From the NCBI GenBank assembly GCA_040222015.1, contig JAVJWO010000159.1:1-64000 (forward strand): a stretch of DNA of 64,000 nt, given 5' to 3'. The translations under genes and the position numbers were made by a program. Of this stretch, positions 59,484-64,000 are shown in pieces. How positions within the stretch are numbered: position 1 is the first letter of the stretch; every line of letters begins with the position of its first letter. Origin of the DNA: Coleofasciculus chthonoplastes F2-STO-03. GTDB lineage: Bacteria; Cyanobacteriota; Cyanobacteriia; Cyanobacteriales; Coleofasciculaceae. The notes under the pieces are model-generated. The model was not told where the DNA came from. It made no database searches and saw nothing but the letters and a program-made list of their open reading frames with translations.

Positions 59484-61133
59484 ATGTTTTGTGAACAGTG
59501 TGAACAAACCGCCAGTGGTAATGGCTGTCATCAATGGGGCGCATGTGGTAAAAGTCCTCAACTCAACGCCGTTCAAGATTTATTAGTCTACTGCTTGCGC
59601 GGACTTGCGCCAGTGGTGATTAAAGCTCGTCAATTAGGCATTTCTACTCACGATGAAGATGTATTCACCTGCGAATCGTTATTCGCCACAATGACGAATG
59701 TCAATTTTGACCGGAAACGCTTTACCAAGTATGTCCGTGACTGTATCGAGAAGCGAGATAATTTAAAAGCTAAAGTCAAAGAAGTTAGCCCAGAACCCGT
59801 CAAATGGACAAGAGTGTCTGGGTATCATCCTGACTTTAATGATAGTTTAGTCGAACAGGGTCAAGATTTGGCATTAGGCTTCATTAGTGAATCGGCGCGG
59901 GATGTTGATATCTTCTCCCTGAAACTCACGGTTCTCTATGGGATTAAGGGTGCTGCTTCCTACACCTTTCATGCCCAAGAATTGGGACAAGAAGATGAGC
60001 AGGTGTATCACTTCATTCAAGAAGCCTTAGATGCCCTAAATCATCAAGATTTCACGTTGGATGATTGGGTAAATTTAGCCTTAAAGGTGGGAGAAATGAA
60101 CCTGCGGGCGATGGAATTATTGGATGCGGGACATACCAATACATACGGACATCCCACGCCAACCCCTGTTCCCCTCAATCCCCGAAAAGGCAAAGCTATC
60201 CTGGTATCTGGACATGATATCAGACAACTGGAAGCCATCCTGAAACAGACGGCGGATAAAGGGATTACCGTTTACACCCACGGTGAACTTTTACCCGCTC
60301 ACGGTTATCCTTTACTCAAACAGAACTATCCCCATCTGTACGGGCATTATGGTACAGCTTGGCAGAATCAAACCAAAGAATTTGCTAAGTTTCCGGGGGC
60401 GATTATTGTCACTACCAATTGTTTGATGCCGCCCCATGAAACCTATGATGAGAAACTATTTACCATTGGTCCTGTTGGGTTTGCCGGCATTAACTATATT
60501 CCGGCGGAGGAGGGTAACATCCCCAACTTTAGCCCCGCGATTCAAAAATCCCTAGATATGCCTGGGTTTGTGGAAGAGCAACCCCCGCGTCAGGTAATGA
60601 CAGGATTTGCTCGGAATGCGGTGTTAAATGTTGCAGATCAAGTGATTGATGGGGTTAAGCAAGGCAAGATTCGTCACTTCTTCTTAGTTGGCGGCTGTGA
60701 TGGCGCGAAACCGGAGCGCAATTACTACACTGAATTTGTGGAAAAAGTACCGGAAGATTGTATCGTTCTAACTTTAGCTTGTGGTAAGTTCCGTTTCTTT
60801 GATCAACAGTTGGGAGAAATTGGTTCTCTGCCTCGGTTAATGGATGTGGGACAATGTAATGATGCCTATTCCGCGATTCAAATTGCTTTGGGATTAGCGA
60901 AGGCGTTTGATATGGATGTGAATCAATTGCCTTTGTCAATGATTCTGTCTTGGTATGAACAGAAGGCGGTGGCTGTGTTGTTGACGCTGCTGTATCTGGG
61001 AATTAAGGATATTCGTTTGGGTCCCACGTTACCCGCGTTTATTTCTCCTAATGTTTTCAAATTGCTGTCGGAGAAGTATCAGTTGAAGGCGATTACGACA
61101 CCGGATGAAGATTTAGCGGCTTGTTTGGGTTGA
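59484..61133 (+). CDS. hcp: Hybrid cluster protein (hydroxylamine reductase)
   Basis: MFCEQCEQT...C...G.CGK, ILVSGHD, YTHGELLPAHGYP, GGCDG, GQCNDAY, LSWYEQKA. Confidence 0.97.
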   Translation: MFCEQCEQTASGNGCHQWGACGKSPQLNAVQDLLVYCLRGLAPVVIKARQLGISTHDEDVFTCESLFATMTNVNFDRKRFTKYVRDCIEKRDNLKAKVKEVSPEPVKWTRVSGYHPDFNDSLVEQGQDLALGFISESARDVDIFSLKLTVLYGIKGAASYTFHAQELGQEDEQVYHFIQEALDALNHQDFTLDDWVNLALKVGEMNLRAMELLDAGHTNTYGHPTPTPVPLNPRKGKAILVSGHDIRQLEAILKQTADKGITVYTHGELLPAHGYPLLKQNYPHLYGHYGTAWQNQTKEFAKFPGAIIVTTNCLMPPHETYDEKLFTIGPVGFAGINYIPAEEGNIPNFSPAIQKSLDMPGFVEEQPPRQVMTGFARNAVLNVADQVIDGVKQGKIRHFFLVGGCDGAKPERNYYTEFVEKVPEDCIVLTLACGKFRFFDQQLGEIGSLPRLMDVGQCNDAYSAIQIALGLAKAFDMDVNQLPLSMILSWYEQKAVAVLLTLLYLGIKDIRLGPTLPAFISPNVFKLLSEKYQLKAITTPDEDLAACLG

Positions 61134-61210
61134 GTTAGTTAGGTGAGGGGGTGTGGCTTTTGTCGCGTCCTTTTGATTTAGATTGGATGTTGGGTTTGCT
61201 GGTGTTAGAG

Positions 61211-61348
61211 CAAGTTGCGTTCTATTATGTCATTCTGAGCGAAGCGATAGCGAGGAACGAGCGTCAGAATCTGGACAGATGCTTCGCGTCACTCCGTTTC
61301 ACTGCGTTCTGCTCAGCATGACAAATATTACCATAGACTGCAACTTGG
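61211..61348. repeat. Nested palindromic repeat element (outer CAAGTTGC...GCAACTTG; inner TGTCATTCTGAGC...GCTCAGCATGACA)
   Basis: Two pairs of inverted repeats between convergent genes. Confidence 0.7.
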
Positions 61349-61381
61349 TATTAGTTCAAGATAGGGGTATGGGCGCTCATA

Positions 61382-62785
61382 CTAGTCCGCTGAATATGTC
61401 CTTTCCCATTGAAAGTCAATTGATTCTATGTCTGGAGACGCATGATCGGTTATCAATCCTTTGTAGCCTATCTTTCGTAAAACCAGTCTATAAACCATTG
61501 AAATCAAAATATTTCGTTTTAGCCAAAAATCTTTATCTACTGGAAATTCTATTATTTTTCCGTGAGCTAAGGAATTACGTATACCTTTCCAAGCTTTAAT
61601 ATGCTTTTCCTCTACAACATTTTCTTGTTGTAAAATTTCCATTTTCTTTTTTATAGGAATCGAAAAAATTTGCGAATATAATAATTTAATTGCTCTATCT
61701 CTTACATTTGTATTCCCTTCCCATTTTTCTATATAGTTTTTTAGATTTTTCCATGTGTCTTTATCAGGTACATCTGACCTATCTACATCGTTTAGTTGCT
61801 CATCTTCATCTAGCTGTCCAATTAAATTCTCGACACAAACTGCCAAGGACAAAACAAAGGCTTGTAGGGTTCCGGTACTTGCAATTATAACCTCAGAAAA
61901 TATCTTGGTTGTAGCAAGTTGTTCAAATTCATTGCATCTTACACATTCTTCTAGATATGCCTTAAATATATTCCATATTTCTTTTCTGTCATTCGGAGTT
62001 CCAAGAATTGGGGAAGGCATTTTTGATTTAATATTAGACGGTGTATTTCTTAAGAAAATTCGAGACTCGTCCTCAAAATGACGTATTATCATTCTGGGAT
62101 ACGTCAATGTTGCTGTTATAAAAGTTAGAGCTTCCGGAATCCAATTTTCTACATAAGGTGCAAGAAATCCCTCTTTGTGATCTGCTGTTATATGAAAAAG
62201 GTTATCATTGTTGCTGATAAGAAAATTAATTTTTACCCCATTAAAATTTAATTCATGTCTGTTTGCCCATGTCCGAGAGTAAACTTTCTCCCCACGATGT
62301 TTTCTTTCTTCTTCTACTAATTCTGTGAGTGGCACTTCGGGAATGTTGGCAAAAACCAACTCGGTTGTATTACTACAAATATTACCTTCATATCTTTTGA
62401 CTATTGTAGATAGTTGTTCAAACTGACCATGTACTATAAATTTACCAGATTTTGATGAGTATACATTGGGAATAGACCATCCACCTGTCCAATGAATACC
62501 CTCGTAATCTATGGCAAATATTCTTGCTTGTATATCTTCGTTTTGTAGGTTTTTCCCAATGAATAAGTTAAAGTCTTTTTCTGAAAGTGGTATTTGATTG
62601 TGGAGTCTGAATGAAAAGGCTCCTTTTTCTTTTCCACTTATGACGCCGGGACCTTTGTATAACGGAGGACAGTTGTCTGGTATACCATGCACTTCAATAT
62701 CATGGCATTCAATCTCAAACTCACGTCCTACCCACTTTTCTGTTAATAATCTAATAAAAACCATGGGTAATTCAGGTACTTCCAT
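61382..62785 (-). CDS. AT-rich hypothetical protein with C-terminal HEPN-like RxxxxH motif
   Basis: WKGIRNSLAHG near the C-terminus; visibly lower GC than neighbours. Confidence 0.6.
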   Translation of the reverse strand: MEVPELPMVFIRLLTEKWVGREFEIECHDIEVHGIPDNCPPLYKGPGVISGKEKGAFSFRLHNQIPLSEKDFNLFIGKNLQNEDIQARIFAIDYEGIHWTGGWSIPNVYSSKSGKFIVHGQFEQLSTIVKRYEGNICSNTTELVFANIPEVPLTELVEEERKHRGEKVYSRTWANRHELNFNGVKINFLISNNDNLFHITADHKEGFLAPYVENWIPEALTFITATLTYPRMIIRHFEDESRIFLRNTPSNIKSKMPSPILGTPNDRKEIWNIFKAYLEECVRCNEFEQLATTKIFSEVIIASTGTLQAFVLSLAVCVENLIGQLDEDEQLNDVDRSDVPDKDTWKNLKNYIEKWEGNTNVRDRAIKLLYSQIFSIPIKKKMEILQQENVVEEKHIKAWKGIRNSLAHGKIIEFPVDKDFWLKRNILISMVYRLVLRKIGYKGLITDHASPDIESIDFQWERTYSAD

Positions 62786-62871
62786 CAGGTGTAGCCGGAT
62801 TGTGTTTACTGTGAATGCTCAAAAGGCAATGGACTCCAGCATCGAGAAAAGTGCGATCACACTGATTTTAC

Positions 62872-63088
62872 TCAAGTCTGCTTATCCCCTTCTAGTAACT
62901 CAGCTAGCTTGTGTGCAGCTTCATGCGAATTATACGGCGACCAAACAGTATAGGTTGCTCTAGGTTGCAAAAGCGTATCTTCCTCATTCTTTTGGACAAG
63001 CTCTGAGCTTTGTTTGGTACTATTAGGTTGCTGCATCAATGTCCTCCTCAGCTCTAAAGTCCAGCACGATAGGAAAATTAGCGTTCAC
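62872..63088 (-). pseudogene. Fused remnants: ParE/RelE-like toxin start with double stop, then the C-terminus of a small antitoxin-like protein
   Basis: GTG 63088 MNANFPIVLDFRAEEDIDAAT** ; another frame gives SELVQKNEEDTLLQPRATYTVWSPYNSHEAAHKLAELLEGDKQT*. Confidence 0.45.
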
Positions 63089-63347
63089 GATACTTGCTCA
63101 TTAGTCGTTGCTTTACCTCATTCCACGTATTTTTTTGTGTGACATCCTGCGAGGAAACGCGATCGCGTACAATTTCAAGATGCCATTCAGGAACAGGTAT
63201 CTGCTCAGGTACAGCAATTATTAGCTCCCAAAGTTGCTGAACGTAATCAATTTGCTGCTCCTTGCTTAACTGCTCGAATCCAGGTGGAATAGCTAAAGGC
63301 TGAGAGATAGACATGGGTGACACGAAAAACTTGCTAGTCACCACCAT
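63078..63347 (-). CDS. Addiction module antitoxin component
   Basis: LS..QQI..VQQLWE.I...PVPEWH.EI..DR...TWNEVKQRL. Confidence 0.8.
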   Translation of the reverse strand: MVVTSKFFVSPMSISQPLAIPPGFEQLSKEQQIDYVQQLWELIIAVPEQIPVPEWHLEIVRDRVSSQDVTQKNTWNEVKQRLMSKYRER

Positions 63348-63443
63348 AATAGCTTGGCAGACCGTCTACGGTGCGATGGGGCAAGTTCCAGCATCTGAGA
63401 CGCGATCGCACTTGCTTGTGTCAGGTATACCAATCGGTTAGGC

Positions 63444-63716
63444 TCATTGCTTATTGCCATTGCTTTCAATGTAACGACGTAGAACAGTATTAATGACTGT
63501 CTTGTATTCTTTATCTTGGGCTTTGAACCAAGCTATTACATCTGGGTCGATCTGAATCAGATGGCGTGCTTTATCTGCTGGAATTCGCAGTGTCGCGCCC
63601 TCAAAGAATTCATCTGTCAACGGTGGGATGTCAGAATAATCAATATCTTCATCAGACATTGATTCGAGTGCTTCCCAATTAGTACGTGAGGTATTGTTCA
63701 AATCGTTTTCGCTCAT
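63444..63716 (-). CDS. brnA: BrnA family antitoxin
   Basis: TNWEAL..MSDEDIDYSDIPPL, IDPDVIAWFK...YKT.IN.VLRRY. Confidence 0.88.
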   Translation of the reverse strand: MSENDLNNTSRTNWEALESMSDEDIDYSDIPPLTDEFFEGATLRIPADKARHLIQIDPDVIAWFKAQDKEYKTVINTVLRRYIESNGNKQ

Positions 63717-63957
63717 ATCGATTTGCCTTTCGTGCTGAGATAATCCGGATTACATCACCCTGTCGTTCTGTCCAAACGACAACCGCTACACCGTTACCGA
63801 GAAAACCGATACCGAACCACCGATCCTCCCCATAATCAAAACGGTCATCTAGCTCAATCAGCATTGGACTTTCAAAAATTGCAGGAACGTCTGCGAAGTC
63901 AATTTGATGTTTACGAATGTTTTCGATATTCTTGGCTTCGTCCCATTCAAACTGCAT
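63679..63957 (-). CDS. brnT: BrnT family ribonuclease toxin
   Basis: FEWDEAKN..N..KH.IDF, YGEDRW..IG, IRIISARKA..ER..Y. Confidence 0.92.
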   Translation of the reverse strand: MQFEWDEAKNIENIRKHQIDFADVPAIFESPMLIELDDRFDYGEDRWFGIGFLGNGVAVVVWTERQGDVIRIISARKANRYERKRFEQYLTY

Positions 63958-64000
63958 GAAAATTTAATGAGCGCTAATTAAGCTATTTTACTACTATGTT

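Overview
Chromosomal window from a filamentous cyanobacterium (frequent HIP1 GCGATCGC octamers, cyanobacterial REP/MITE-like repeats). The central ~37 kb (10.5-47.5 kb) is a signalling and secretion island. It holds four caspase-like CHAT proteases with intact His/Cys dyads (membrane CHAT-CHASE2, haemagglutinin/FG-GAP-CHAT, two signal-peptide TPR-CHATs), DUF928, DUF1822, an unusual 610-aa sigma-70-like protein, a second ECF-like sigma, an astacin protease, RTX gene fragments, a class II lanthipeptide cluster (LanA, LanM, C39-ABC, HlyD) and an LRR protein. The main observation is a bipartite motif, TGCATA-N17-CTAATAAG, found 9 times and only in intergenic DNA of this island. It lies upstream of the RTX/astacin operon, a membrane protein gene, the lanthipeptide precursor and an unannotated small ORF, and one copy on the minus strand points at the sigma-like gene itself. 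I infer an autoregulated alternative-sigma regulon, possibly released by a CHAT proteolytic cascade; this is a hypothesis, not demonstrated. The flanks carry two TnpB genes, a PEP-CTERM pair, an MscS pair, an EF-G paralog, an S41 protease, an ABC-2 exporter, a GNAT, hcp, an AT-rich HEPN-motif gene and toxin-antitoxin genes and remnants. No rRNA, tRNA or CRISPR array was recognised. Domain calls come from motif recognition by eye, not database searches.
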